Counted from the first letter of the stretch, positions 45,553 through 55,771 are shown. The stretch is 64,000 bases of DNA from Bacteroidaceae bacterium (GCA_024398635.1 JAKSIV010000009.1:5426-69425); one strand, 5' to 3'. Notes: generated from the sequence alone by a model not told the origin. Program-made: numbers and translations.

Positions 45553-45589
45553 AAAAAAATGACCGCTCGATTGAGCGGTCATTTTTTTT
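45553..45589. terminator. bidirectional rho-independent terminator
   Basis: AAAAAAA-TGACCGCTC-GATT-GAGCGGTCA-TTTTTTTT, between convergent gene ends. Confidence 0.85.
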
Positions 45590-46589
45590 ATTTAAAACCT
45601 GTCTGTGCCCAGGGGATCCACTTCTGGACTTCTTTGTCGGCGAGAGTCTCGTCAACATGCATGATGATGGTGTTGGCATCCTCCTTGCCAAGCAGGAACT
45701 TGTCTATGAATGCCTCAACCTCGGGATACTGGCTCTGGGGAAGTTGGCAGTGACCATGCTTGCCCTGGATTGAGAATCCCATACGGTCCTCGATTCCGAA
45801 CTTCTTCCATACCTCACGTGCAGCTACGCATGATACGTAACCGGCCTCATCGGCCAGCCACTCATAATCGGTGTTACCCAATACCAGCAGGACACGCGGG
45901 CAAACCAGGGCGCAGAGCTCGTGGTGGTCATACGGAAGCTTTGATACGTTGGCATCCTTCCAATCCCACATTGACTCCTTGAACCAGTGAGGATCAGTGT
46001 TACCCAAGGTCTCTACATGACCCAGAGTCTCGGATACGCGCCATGCAGCAGCACCGCCGCCAAAGCCGCCCATCTGTGAGTAGCTGTTAACCTGACGCTC
46101 GTTGAAATTCATCTGAGCAATCTTACGATCAGTAAAGAACTGACGCGGCAGAGCGTTGTTTGATGCACCGATCATGAGAGGGAACGGACCGTCACCCTCG
46201 GGGTAAGTAATTCTGGCTGAAAGCTCAAGAGTCTCACCGTTACGTGTAACCTTGACTGTCAGTGTATTGTTCTCAAGAGTTGCCTCGATGTCCTCCTTGC
46301 CTATAATAGGCTTCTCACCTATTTCATAGTGCTGGAGCTCGCGTACGATCTCTGCACGACGCTTCTCCCAATCCTTGAACTTCCTGACCTGCTTGGTGCT
46401 GTTTGAGAACTCAAACGGGTTAGGCAGAGTCTCCAGACTCTTTGCCTCATCTACTGTGGGGAATGCGGGAGCGGGATACTTTGCACCTGCAAATTCCTGG
46501 TCATAAACCAGAGGAATGGACTATCGAGCCATTGCCGGAATTACAGCCAAAGCTGCAGCGGCAGCAAAAAATAATTTGATTCTCTTCAT
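45588..46589 (-). pseudogene. decayed CE15 glucuronoyl-esterase gene (in-frame TAG at codon 23, and the nucleophile motif is missing)
   Basis: The ATG at 46589 gives MKRIKLFFAAAAALAVIPAMAR, then a TAG (46521-46523), and then the same frame stays open to 45588. CE15 hallmarks are present: LPNPFEFSNSTKQVRKFKDWEKRRAEI, YDHHELCALVCPR, HGHCQLP. There is no GCSRxG serine motif, and the region where it belongs is about 70 aa too short. Confidence 0.65.
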
Positions 46590-46703
46590 ATCGTAAGTTT
46601 TAGGTTAATAAATCGCGGTTCGTTTAAAGCCTTCAAATATAGCCGTTATATTTAATATACCTGTTCACTAGGCGGGTTAAACCTTTTAAAAAAAAGCAAC
46701 AAT

Positions 46704-47705
46704 TCAGAATCCGACTTGCATTTTGACGGGCAGATGGTCCGAATATCCGCCTTGGTATCGGCGTCCGTTGTATGTACGGAAAGGTTTTACGCCGCCATAG
46801 TTGTCATCATTGGTCAACAGGAACGGCAGATTCATTATTTCTGCGTCAATCATTCCGGTGCAGCCCAATCCGTTCATCAGTGATGCCGACACTACAAACT
46901 GGTCATACTTATCCCATACACCGTCATATTTGTAACTCCCTCCGTCAAGCGGATCCATAACCGTAACCAGTTCACGGTCGCCCAGGCCCCATCCTTTTGA
47001 ATACTGATGCGCTTTCAGACCTTCACGCACAGCAGGGTCATCAGGACCGTCGTTAAGGTCACCCATTATAATGATATACGGTTTACGCCGCACCCTGAAT
47101 ATACTGTCTACCGATGCCCTCACGACTTTAGCCGCACACATACGCAGCGGCTCTGTCTGCTCCATGCCGTTATATCGGCTGGGCCAGTGGCAGACATAGA
47201 CGTCTATCGTATCGTGATTTTCCAACACTCCGGTAACATGAAGAATATCACGCGTGGGACCGCCGCCATACGGACGCAGATTTACTCTCAAAGACTCACA
47301 GTCCAGCAGTTTGAAGAAACTCCTGCGATACAGGAGAGCTACATCTATACCGCGGCGGTCAGGCGAATCCGTCATCACATACCTGTAACCGGCCCCACGC
47401 AGCGCAGAACGTGCGGTAAGATCCCTAAGTACCGTATCATTCTCAACCTCAGCCAGGCCCACAAGTGCAGGAGCCTGCTCCTCATCGGCGGCAACAATCA
47501 CTTTCGATATGGCATCAAGCTTATCCCAATAACGGGAACGTGTCCAGTGGTAATCACCAGCAGGCGTATATGCATCGTCATCCTTGAGAGGATCATCATC
47601 CGGATCAAACAGGTTTTCGGCATTACAGAACATGACAGTCATACTCTGCGAGCATAACGTCAACGTAAAAGGGCAAACAATCAGGAAAAGGAATAAACGT
47701 CTCAT
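46704..47705 (-). CDS. endonuclease/exonuclease/phosphatase (EEP) family protein, exported
   Basis: Signal peptide, then MTVMFCNAENLFD, LVGLAEVEN and SDHLPV, which are motifs of the EEP fold. Confidence 0.8.
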   Translation of the reverse strand: MRRLFLFLIVCPFTLTLCSQSMTVMFCNAENLFDPDDDPLKDDDAYTPAGDYHWTRSRYWDKLDAISKVIVAADEEQAPALVGLAEVENDTVLRDLTARSALRGAGYRYVMTDSPDRRGIDVALLYRRSFFKLLDCESLRVNLRPYGGGPTRDILHVTGVLENHDTIDVYVCHWPSRYNGMEQTEPLRMCAAKVVRASVDSIFRVRRKPYIIIMGDLNDGPDDPAVREGLKAHQYSKGWGLGDRELVTVMDPLDGGSYKYDGVWDKYDQFVVSASLMNGLGCTGMIDAEIMNLPFLLTNDDNYGGVKPFRTYNGRRYQGGYSDHLPVKMQVGF

Positions 47706-47716
47706 TATTTAGGAAA

Positions 47717-49144
47717 TTATCTTACAGATGGCTGGTATTGGAAGCAACCCGCATCGGCCCCCGACGGAGGTCGCGGCACCCCGGCCAGATCTATGGGCAA
47801 TAGCACAGACAGCGTATCGGCAATGCCGCGTGCAACCGACAGCGAATCAAGCGCGAATACGGAGCTGTACCCCCTCATTGAGTGGTCAACAAAATTGTAT
47901 GCGCCATATACTTCGTGTTCGCGGTCTTCAAATACTACGTTGCTGTAACGGGCATCGGCAGTATCTTTCACAGTGAGATATGAGTTGCTCACGCTGTAGG
48001 GAGCACTTTTAGCTATGGAATCGGTAAACAACGGTATAAACTCCGTTTCATGACGTCCGGTAATTATGCAGTTGCGGAACGATGCACCAAGGAACGGCAC
48101 CACGCTCTCCCCGCGCCTATCAGTAATAATTACAGCCTGACTGCCCACACTCCAGAGCGAGAACCCGGCTATGGTGCAGAACGTAAATTCAGCCCAACCT
48201 CCGGTCAGGTCAACACATGAGACGCCAGCATTGGTTATCTGAGAGTTAGCCACCTCAATACGACATCCTGTAGTCTCAATACCATTACCGTTCACATTAT
48301 GTATTATAGAGGATATCATGGTCAGTTTTGTCCGGTCAGCATCTGCGCTGTCCGCCAGTATACCCCAGTTGCCGCCATGAATATCACACCATTCCAGTTT
48401 ATTGTCATAACTGCCGCTGCGCAGCCTAATACCGCCCCACTGTCCTGTCAGCAGGTCATACGGCAATTCCGAAAGCATATTATCAAGACGGTCTCCGCGC
48501 ATCATGATCATACTGTCCAAAGTGCCTTGAGCAACAATGCGGCCAGCCACGTCAAGCACAGCGTTATTATGGTAATAAAATCTTACACCAGGTTCAAGTG
48601 TAAGAGTAGCACCCTCTGCCACGTGAAGAGTGTCGAATATGATATAAGGCAAACGCGCCGTCAGGACTGTATCGGACTCTATCCGTTTACTACGCAGCCT
48701 GACAACGTTCTGTCCGCAGGCCGACAGTCTTACTGCCTGCACCGTCCCACTCTCCAGCACGAACCTGATTGAATCAAATGCATCAAAAAGCGCTGGCGTA
48801 TCAGTCTCAGGAATATTGACCGAAACAAAGCAGAACAGGCTGTCGCCTGCCGCAATCTCCAGTCCGGTTATCACCGCACCGCCCTCACCGTCCAGGTTCA
48901 TACGGAACGGGCTGGATGTACCGCCACCCATAAGGGCATCAAACCTGAGCCCGACATCATTGGTGTTGTAAATCATGAACCCATTGGATGCCGACGCCAC
49001 ACCCGTAAAGACAGTGTCAAAACGTACGGTATCGGCCGAAAATCCCAGCCCATAGCGGAGACTCGCACTGAAAGTCCAATCGTCAGTGCATGACCCCAAA
49101 GCCAGCACTGCACATATCAACCAGGCTATCCCGAAACGTTTCAT
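47717..49144 (-). CDS. hypothetical lipoprotein with beta-helix-like repeats
   Basis: Start moved to the ATG at 49144, giving the lipobox MKRFGIAWLICAVLALGSC. The C-terminal half has repeated short G/N-rich strands. It lies 11 nt upstream of the EEP gene. Confidence 0.65.
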   Translation of the reverse strand: MKRFGIAWLICAVLALGSCTDDWTFSASLRYGLGFSADTVRFDTVFTGVASASNGFMIYNTNDVGLRFDALMGGGTSSPFRMNLDGEGGAVITGLEIAAGDSLFCFVSVNIPETDTPALFDAFDSIRFVLESGTVQAVRLSACGQNVVRLRSKRIESDTVLTARLPYIIFDTLHVAEGATLTLEPGVRFYYHNNAVLDVAGRIVAQGTLDSMIMMRGDRLDNMLSELPYDLLTGQWGGIRLRSGSYDNKLEWCDIHGGNWGILADSADADRTKLTMISSIIHNVNGNGIETTGCRIEVANSQITNAGVSCVDLTGGWAEFTFCTIAGFSLWSVGSQAVIITDRRGESVVPFLGASFRNCIITGRHETEFIPLFTDSIAKSAPYSVSNSYLTVKDTADARYSNVVFEDREHEVYGAYNFVDHSMRGYSSVFALDSLSVARGIADTLSVLLPIDLAGVPRPPSGADAGCFQYQPSVR

Positions 49145-49201
49145 ATAGCGTTTTTGCGAGTTTTGATGCGCTAAGTTAAAACGTAAATCGCAAATAAAAA
49201 G

Positions 49202-49209
49202 TATCTTCG
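49202..49209 (+). promoter_or_regulatory. -7-like box TATCTTCG
   Basis: Ends 7 nt before the ATG at 49217. Confidence 0.35.
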
Positions 49210-49216
49210 CACTCAA

Positions 49217-51382
49217 ATGAAGAGCAGATTTCTCAAATTTCTAAAGGACTGGATGCTGGTTATCGGCATGATATCGGGTGCGGGAGCATACCTCATATAC
49301 TCGCAGATACCCTCCATACACACCGCGGGGCCCGTTCTGGAATACATCTGCCGTAAAGCCCAGCCCATTCTGCTTTTCATGATGCTATTCATCAGTTTCA
49401 GCCTCATAGAACCACGTCAGCTGGTGTTCAAAAGATGGCATATCCGCAACCTGCTTATCCAGGTGACAGCATTCCTGGCCCTGTGCCTTACAGTGATCTG
49501 GGCCATGCACAGCACATCAGATGCCGCCGCATGGATACTGCGTCACCGCATTCTGTTTGAATCGGCCATGTTGTGCATGATCTGCCCCACCGCCACGGCA
49601 TGCGCCGTAGTGACCGGCAAGCTGGGAGGAGACATGGCGCAGGTAGTCATGTACACCATCATAATCAACCTGGCGGTGTCCATCGTGGTTCCGCTTACAG
49701 TGCCGTTACTGTATCCGCAGGCCGGAATATCATTCCTTGCCGCATTCAGCCGTATTCTTGCCAAGGTATTCCCGCTTCTGATACTGCCCTGCCTCACCGC
49801 ATGGGCGGTGCGCTGGCTTATGCCGAGGTTCCACAACTGGGTAGCATCCAGGATGAACCTGAGTTTCCATCTTTGGAGCATATCGCTCACCATAGCCATT
49901 CTGATGAGCACCCGTGCCATTGTACACAGCGGCTGCGGGATAATCACCCTGACAGGCATCGCTCTTGTATCAATGCTTTGCTGCATCTTCCAATTCTGGG
50001 CAGGCCGTATCACCGGACGCCGCTCAGACAGCCGCATCGAATCCAGCCAGGCATTCGGCCAGAAGAACACCGTATTCGGAATCTGGATGGGATACACCTT
50101 CTGGAACCCGCTGGTATCGGTAGCCGGTGGTTTCTACACCATCTGGCACAACATACATAACACACGCCAGCTTTATAAAATGGCACGGAAAGCAGCCGTA
50201 ATCCTGGCAATTCTTGTCTTCGCGGGATGCGAGAGAGAGGATTTTGGCCGATCATCGGCCCCAAAGGATGAAGTATGGTATGAGTTGGTCAGTACGGATA
50301 CTGTGAGTTCCAGCAAGATATACAAGAACCTTACCGGTTATTACATGCCTGTAGGTCCTAACCTGGTACGCAACACATTCCTTTATCATTCTGTCAACAA
50401 ATCCGATACGCTAACCCTCTCGGGCGTAGCATGCTGGCCTATCGGTACCCAGGAGTGCTCGGAAATAATTCTGGCAAACCACTTTATCACCGTACGTTGG
50501 GACCAGTGTCCGTCCCAGACCCCGCAACCCGGAATGCTCATCTGCTCCAGCCGCAAATCCTTCTACGTCTGTGCCGATTATCAGGGACTAGGCCTGTCAC
50601 GTAACCTTTATCAGCCATATCTCAATACTCCTCTCATTGCTACCCAAAGCATAGACTGCCACAAAGCGGCAATGCAGTTGCTCAAGGACCGTGGCCCTGC
50701 TCTATCCGATGATTACTGCACCTACAATATAGGTTTCTCGCTGGGAGGTGCCGTGGCATTGGGTGTGGCAAAAAAGATTGAACAGGATCCTGAGCTACGT
50801 AATATGGTAAACCTACGTAAAAGTTTCTGCTGTGCCGGACCGTATGATATGAATGCCTATTTTGAGCATTATATGGTCGATCCCGACCAGGAAATGGTAT
50901 ATCCAGTAGGATTTCTGTGCGCAATAATAACACTGGTCGATGACAATCCATCATTCAGGGAGAAATACGGTTACAGTGACCTTTTCACCCGAAAACTGAT
51001 AGAGACTGGCGTAATAGAGGATATCGGGACCAAGAACTATGACACAGACCGGATTAACCTGATACTTCATGAGAACGGATGCAACACCCTGAGACAGATC
51101 CTGGCCGAGCCTCTTCTGGACAGCAGCACAACCGTTCATATGGACGTAATCAAAGAGATCGGAAAGTTTAACCTGGCCGCAGGATGGACTCCCACCATCC
51201 CTATCCTGTTCCGACAGTCCAAGGCCGATGACTACATACCGTTTGAGTGTCTTGAGAGTGTACAGGCCAATATGTCCGGTAATCCCGTCATCACCTACGA
51301 TATCCACGAGTCAGGATCACATGTAGAAGACGGAGTCTCATTTTATACAAACATTCTGTTTGGCAGGTATCCTCTTTACTGA
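49217..51382 (+). CDS. single ORF joining a polytopic membrane transporter-like module (aa 1-321, SBF/BASS-like by appearance) to a lipoprotein alpha/beta-hydrolase-like module (aa 322-721)
   Basis: There is no stop codon between the last TM region (..FYTIWHNIHNTRQLYK) and an intact lipoprotein signal, MARKAAVILAILVFAGC, that begins at the ATG at 50180. The second module has a lipase-type GxSxG motif (GFSLGGA). Confidence 0.6.
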   Translation: MKSRFLKFLKDWMLVIGMISGAGAYLIYSQIPSIHTAGPVLEYICRKAQPILLFMMLFISFSLIEPRQLVFKRWHIRNLLIQVTAFLALCLTVIWAMHSTSDAAAWILRHRILFESAMLCMICPTATACAVVTGKLGGDMAQVVMYTIIINLAVSIVVPLTVPLLYPQAGISFLAAFSRILAKVFPLLILPCLTAWAVRWLMPRFHNWVASRMNLSFHLWSISLTIAILMSTRAIVHSGCGIITLTGIALVSMLCCIFQFWAGRITGRRSDSRIESSQAFGQKNTVFGIWMGYTFWNPLVSVAGGFYTIWHNIHNTRQLYKMARKAAVILAILVFAGCEREDFGRSSAPKDEVWYELVSTDTVSSSKIYKNLTGYYMPVGPNLVRNTFLYHSVNKSDTLTLSGVACWPIGTQECSEIILANHFITVRWDQCPSQTPQPGMLICSSRKSFYVCADYQGLGLSRNLYQPYLNTPLIATQSIDCHKAAMQLLKDRGPALSDDYCTYNIGFSLGGAVALGVAKKIEQDPELRNMVNLRKSFCCAGPYDMNAYFEHYMVDPDQEMVYPVGFLCAIITLVDDNPSFREKYGYSDLFTRKLIETGVIEDIGTKNYDTDRINLILHENGCNTLRQILAEPLLDSSTTVHMDVIKEIGKFNLAAGWTPTIPILFRQSKADDYIPFECLESVQANMSGNPVITYDIHESGSHVEDGVSFYTNILFGRYPLY

Positions 51383-51391
51383 TTAGTTGAG

Positions 51392-51399
51392 TATCTTTG
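51392..51399 (+). promoter_or_regulatory. -7 box TATCTTTG
   Basis: Perfect TAnnTTTG match, ending 5 nt before the ATG at 51405. Confidence 0.5.
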
Positions 51400-51404
51400 C
51401 AGGG

Positions 51405-52751
51405 ATGGCCAACAGCTTTGTAGACAGAATTAAGGATTACATCGGCTGCAACAGTCTGCTCACGGACGGAGCAAAAGTTGTAGTGGGATTGAGCGGAGGC
51501 GCCGACAGCACGGCGCTGCTGCTGGTACTCATACGTCTGGGATACCGTGTCCATGCCGTTCACTGCAATTTCCATCTGCGCGGCGCAGAGAGTGACCGTG
51601 ACCAGGAGTTCGTCAAAGACCTATGCAAGCGTACGAGTGTGGAACTTACCGTCTGTGATTACGACACCCGGGAGTACGCATCGGCCCACGGTATCTCCAT
51701 TGAAATGGCCGCACGGGAGTTGCGTTACGCTGATTTTGAACGCATAATGCAGGAATGCGGGGCAAGCGCAATCTGCATAGCCCACCACCGTGACGATTCC
51801 GTCGAGACACTGCTTCTCAACCTGATCCGCGGTACCGGAATCAAAGGCCTTACCGGCATCAAGCCGCAAAACGGCCATATAATCCGTCCCCTGCTCTGTG
51901 TCTCCAGACAGCAGATTGAGGATTGGCTCCACGAGATAGGTCAGTCATACGTAACAGACAGCACCAATCTCGAGACAGACTACACCCGCAATAAGATTCG
52001 CCTGCAACTGATGCCGCTCATGCGCAGCATCAATCCAGATGTCAACAATGCCGTCAACGACACCGCGCGGCATCTGCAGCAGGCTTTCTCAATCTACAGC
52101 AAAGCCATTGAGGATGCAAAAAAACGCATTGTAACCGTCAGTGCCGATATTACCTCCATCAGCATTCCGGAACTCAACAGACATGCAACGCCTGCAGCTG
52201 TCCTGTTTGAGATTCTCGCCCCCTTTGGCTTCAACAGTACTCAGGTAAGTGATATCCTGGCTGCCGTAGATTCTCAGCCCGGAACACGATTCCTATCGGC
52301 AACCCATCAGCTGGTCAAGGACCGTGATTCATTCACGGTATCACCTGTCAAAACAGCTCAATTCCAACCGTTAACCATTGTTCTTAAGCCCGGAACCGCA
52401 GTCACCCTACCCAATGGCACTTCGCTGAGTATCAGCACGGCCCCTGCCGGCACCCCTATCTCAACCAGTCCAAACACTGCCACATTTGATGCGTCGCTGC
52501 TCGGTGAAGGCATAATTACCATACGCGAGTGGACACCGGGCGATTGGTTCATTCCGTTCGGCATGAAGGGCCGCAAGCTCATAAGTGATTTCCTGACCGA
52601 CTGCAAAACAGCTCCGACAGAGCGCAGCAACCAACTGATAGCATCTTTTAACAATGACATAATCTGGGTATTGGGACGCCGGACAGACAACCGTTACCGC
52701 GTAACCCCAAAAACCACCACCCAGCTTATACTCACTTTATCGGCCGAATAA
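51405..52751 (+). CDS. tilS: tRNA(Ile)-lysidine synthetase
   Basis: PP-loop VVGLSGGADSTALL, and the length and C-terminal domain are typical of TilS. The track start at 51387 is TTG, so the ATG at 51405 is used. Confidence 0.85.
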   Translation: MANSFVDRIKDYIGCNSLLTDGAKVVVGLSGGADSTALLLVLIRLGYRVHAVHCNFHLRGAESDRDQEFVKDLCKRTSVELTVCDYDTREYASAHGISIEMAARELRYADFERIMQECGASAICIAHHRDDSVETLLLNLIRGTGIKGLTGIKPQNGHIIRPLLCVSRQQIEDWLHEIGQSYVTDSTNLETDYTRNKIRLQLMPLMRSINPDVNNAVNDTARHLQQAFSIYSKAIEDAKKRIVTVSADITSISIPELNRHATPAAVLFEILAPFGFNSTQVSDILAAVDSQPGTRFLSATHQLVKDRDSFTVSPVKTAQFQPLTIVLKPGTAVTLPNGTSLSISTAPAGTPISTSPNTATFDASLLGEGIITIREWTPGDWFIPFGMKGRKLISDFLTDCKTAPTERSNQLIASFNNDIIWVLGRRTDNRYRVTPKTTTQLILTLSAE

Positions 52752-52938
52752 GTCCTTAAGAATCAAGTCCTTTCATCTCCGACCAGTCTGTTTCCATTCG
52801 ACCGATAGTAAAAAGTTTTGAACAGATTGGTATATTAACTATTATAATTTTTCGTTATTATTTAAATAGTTGTCCCCAATTATAAGGTGTAGAAAAAAGG
52901 ACCATATCAAAATGGACTATACAACAAGTTTTTCAATA

Positions 52939-54225
52939 TCAACCTATTTTGTCATTCTCCTTAAAAAACGCCGCAAAGAGCAGTGCTACGGCCACCATAT
53001 ACCCGGCAAACACTAGCCATGCCGAACTCCAGTCAGGCGCAGAATTTTTAAATACATAACGGTCCATTACCGCCCCTGCTCCCATCATACCGATGGTTGC
53101 ACCCACTCCGTTTGACATCATCATAAAGAGTCCCTGGGCGCTGGCTCGTATGCTCTTGTCTACATTCTGCTCCACATAGAGAGAACCGGCTATATTGAAG
53201 AAATCAAAAGCTATTCCATACAGTATGCAGCTCAATATGAACAGAAGTACGCCGGGCATATCGGGAGTGCCTATTCCAAACAGCCCGAACCTTAGTACCC
53301 ATGCAGTCATAGACATGAGCAGCACCTTCTTGATTCCGAACCTTTTCATGCAGAAAGGAACAAGCAGGAAGCAGAGTGTCTCTGATATCTGCGACAGTGA
53401 TAACAGCGCGTTTGAGTTCCTGACGGCAAACGTATCGGCCATAGCGGGATTTGACGAGAACGAACTCAGGAAAGTGTTGGCATAACCGTTTGTGATCTGA
53501 AGAGCTGAACCCATCAGTATGCAGAATATAAAGAATACAGCCATATGTCTTTGACCGAACAGTCTGAAAGCATTGATTCCAAAAGCTTCAGCCACGCTGC
53601 GCTCAGCACGCTTTCCGCCAGTAGGACATTCAGGAAGAGTAAGCGAGTAAATGCAAAGAATAAGCGATAAAACGCCCGACAGAATAAGCTGCGTATATGA
53701 GTCCTGCATCTGGACACCTCCTATTTTAATAAAGTTGACGGCAAGCATGCTGCATATAAAGCCCACAGTTCCGAACAGACGTATCGGAGGATAGTCCTTA
53801 ACCGGATCTCCTCCCGCACGGGTTATGATGCTGTATGAGACCGAATTGGTCAATGCTACGGTCGGCATGAAGAACAGTATGCTCAAAGCGTAAAGCGGAT
53901 ACAAGGAATTGAACGATACCTGACCGGCACCAAGGCAATAGAGTCCTGCCGACAGCATGAAACCGCCAGCAAGCAGATGGCAAATGGCAAGCAGACGCTG
54001 TGCCTGGATATATCGGTCAGCAATGATTCCCACAAGTGCCGGCATAAAGAGCGAAACTATTCCGTTTGCTGCAAAAAACCACTTGATCTGACTGCCCAAT
54101 CCGGCCTGTGCAAGATACCTGCCAATTGAGATAAGATATACTCCCCAAACCGCATATTCCAGGAACACCAGAGTTATCAACCGAACCCTGAGTTTTCCAC
54201 CGATATAAATTGAAAACCTGTTCAT
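52939..54225 (-). CDS. MFS nucleoside:H+ symporter (NupG/XapB-like)
   Basis: 12 TM segments. The N-terminus (LRVRLITLVFLEYAVWGVYLISIGRYL...LVGIIADRY) resembles the NHS family. Confidence 0.75.
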   Translation of the reverse strand: MNRFSIYIGGKLRVRLITLVFLEYAVWGVYLISIGRYLAQAGLGSQIKWFFAANGIVSLFMPALVGIIADRYIQAQRLLAICHLLAGGFMLSAGLYCLGAGQVSFNSLYPLYALSILFFMPTVALTNSVSYSIITRAGGDPVKDYPPIRLFGTVGFICSMLAVNFIKIGGVQMQDSYTQLILSGVLSLILCIYSLTLPECPTGGKRAERSVAEAFGINAFRLFGQRHMAVFFIFCILMGSALQITNGYANTFLSSFSSNPAMADTFAVRNSNALLSLSQISETLCFLLVPFCMKRFGIKKVLLMSMTAWVLRFGLFGIGTPDMPGVLLFILSCILYGIAFDFFNIAGSLYVEQNVDKSIRASAQGLFMMMSNGVGATIGMMGAGAVMDRYVFKNSAPDWSSAWLVFAGYMVAVALLFAAFFKENDKIG

Positions 54226-54277
54226 AACTTTTCCCGTAATCGGATGCTAAGATAGCACTTAATCGTGGGACATATGG

Positions 54278-54285
54278 TATCTTTG
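54278..54285 (+). promoter_or_regulatory. -7 box TATCTTTG
   Basis: Perfect TAnnTTTG match, 37 nt upstream of the small ORF at 54323. Confidence 0.45.
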
Positions 54286-54322
54286 CATATAAACGATTGG
54301 CATAGACAGTACGTTTAAGGGG

Positions 54323-54442
54323 ATGAGAAAAATTCTTACTATTGCTATGGCTGGTATGGGACTATTCAGTGCCATAACCGTCCCTGCTTATTCCCAAGTC
54401 AACTATCTCTCCGAGAACCTTCTCAAGGTCAAAGACAAGTAA
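54323..54442 (+). CDS. possible 39-aa exported peptide (not in the ORF track)
   Basis: Hand translation: MRKILTIAMAGMGLFSAITVPAYSQVNYLSENLLKVKDK. It consists of a signal-peptide-like N-terminus plus 15 further residues. It follows a -7 box and lies 38 nt upstream of the next gene. Confidence 0.35.
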   Translation: MRKILTIAMAGMGLFSAITVPAYSQVNYLSENLLKVKDK

Positions 54443-54480
54443 GAGTATTTTCTTCCACTGCCATTTAAACCATTCATCAT

Positions 54481-55767
54481 ATGAAAAAAATTTGCCTTAT
54501 TCTGACTTCATTGTCATTGTCTCTGTCATTGCTGGCACAAAAGGATGAGATAATCAAAACCGGTTGGAATATCGGTGTCCTTCCTGTAGTAGGATTTGAC
54601 TCTGACCTGGGTTTCCAATATGGAATATGTTCTGACATTTTCAACTATGGTAACGGTGAAAACTACCCGCAATACAACTATAAAATCAACGTTGAGGCAT
54701 CGACCTACACCAAGGGCTCAAGCGTGCTGCGCACATACGGAGATTTCAAGACCCTTATCCCCGATGGAAAGCTGTTTTTTGACGTAACATATTTCAATGC
54801 GCCCAAGTTCGGATTCTACGGATACAACGGATTCGCTCAGGAATATGACCCCGACCTGATATTCTGGAACTCAGGCGCCGCCTACGATCCGGATGCCAAG
54901 ACCGGCTACAACTATATGTCACGTAACCAGTTCCGCGCATTGGTAAGCGTGCGTAAAACCATAAGCGGCAATCTGAGTGCAGCAGCCGGACTTGCATTCT
55001 ATCATATCTCTACCGGTGATCTGAAGTTGAAGGAATACAACGGTCAGCAGACACTGTATGACATATACAAGTTAGCCAATCTTATCCGCCCCAACGAAAA
55101 GGACGGAGGCAACGTAACACAGCTGCGTGCCGGTCTGGTATATGACTCCCGCAATCATGACAGCGACCCGACAAAAGGAGAGAATGTTGAGCTTTCACTG
55201 GTATATGCTCCTGACCTGATTGACGGAAACGGCTATAGCAATTTAGGCCTGCATCTTAGCATATCACAGTTTTTGCCCGTTTTCACCGAAAGATTGACGT
55301 TTGCATACCGTGCAATGCTGCAGACAAACCTTTGGGGAGAGATACCTTACTACTTCACGAACAACATCAACAGCATGTTTTTCCGCAAGATGTACACCGA
55401 AGGTTTAGGCGGTAACGCCTCGGTTAGAGGACTCAACCGCAACGGTGTCCTGAGCAACGGATTCTTCATGCTGAACGCCGAATTGCGCTGGCGTATATAT
55501 GATTTCAAGTTCATTAATCAGAACTGGCAGATAGCTACAAACCCGTTCTTTGATATGGGTAAAATCATGCAGCCCTATCGCCTTGAGGAGCAGAAAAACG
55601 CCGGCCTCTACAATGGTGGAGAAAAAAGCCCCCATTTCACCGCCGGTTTAGGAATCAAGCTGATTATGAACCACAACATGATCATTTCATTTGAAGGCGG
55701 CAAACCGTTTGACAAGAATGACGGAACCGGACTTTGGACAAACATAGGCTTCAACTACCTGTTCTGA
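54481..55767 (+). CDS. Omp85/BamA-TamA-like outer-membrane beta-barrel (surface antigen D15-type barrel without POTRA repeats)
   Basis: Signal peptide. TGWNIGVLPVVGFDSDLGFQYG near the N-terminus. GGNASVRGL resembles the Omp85 loop-6 motif. The protein ends in IGFNYLF. Confidence 0.65.
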   Translation: MKKICLILTSLSLSLSLLAQKDEIIKTGWNIGVLPVVGFDSDLGFQYGICSDIFNYGNGENYPQYNYKINVEASTYTKGSSVLRTYGDFKTLIPDGKLFFDVTYFNAPKFGFYGYNGFAQEYDPDLIFWNSGAAYDPDAKTGYNYMSRNQFRALVSVRKTISGNLSAAAGLAFYHISTGDLKLKEYNGQQTLYDIYKLANLIRPNEKDGGNVTQLRAGLVYDSRNHDSDPTKGENVELSLVYAPDLIDGNGYSNLGLHLSISQFLPVFTERLTFAYRAMLQTNLWGEIPYYFTNNINSMFFRKMYTEGLGGNASVRGLNRNGVLSNGFFMLNAELRWRIYDFKFINQNWQIATNPFFDMGKIMQPYRLEEQKNAGLYNGGEKSPHFTAGLGIKLIMNHNMIISFEGGKPFDKNDGTGLWTNIGFNYLF

Positions 55768-55771
55768 TTCT

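Noticed and set aside
47007-47657. 216-aa ORF on the plus strand.
   Set aside because: It is antisense to the EEP-family gene, whose catalytic motifs are clear. It shows no recognisable features. It is a shadow ORF.
52752-52938. A 187-bp AT-rich gap between convergent tilS and the nucleoside permease, examined for a small RNA or terminator.
   Set aside because: I could not find a convincing stem-loop, promoter box or conserved motif by eye. It is left unannotated.
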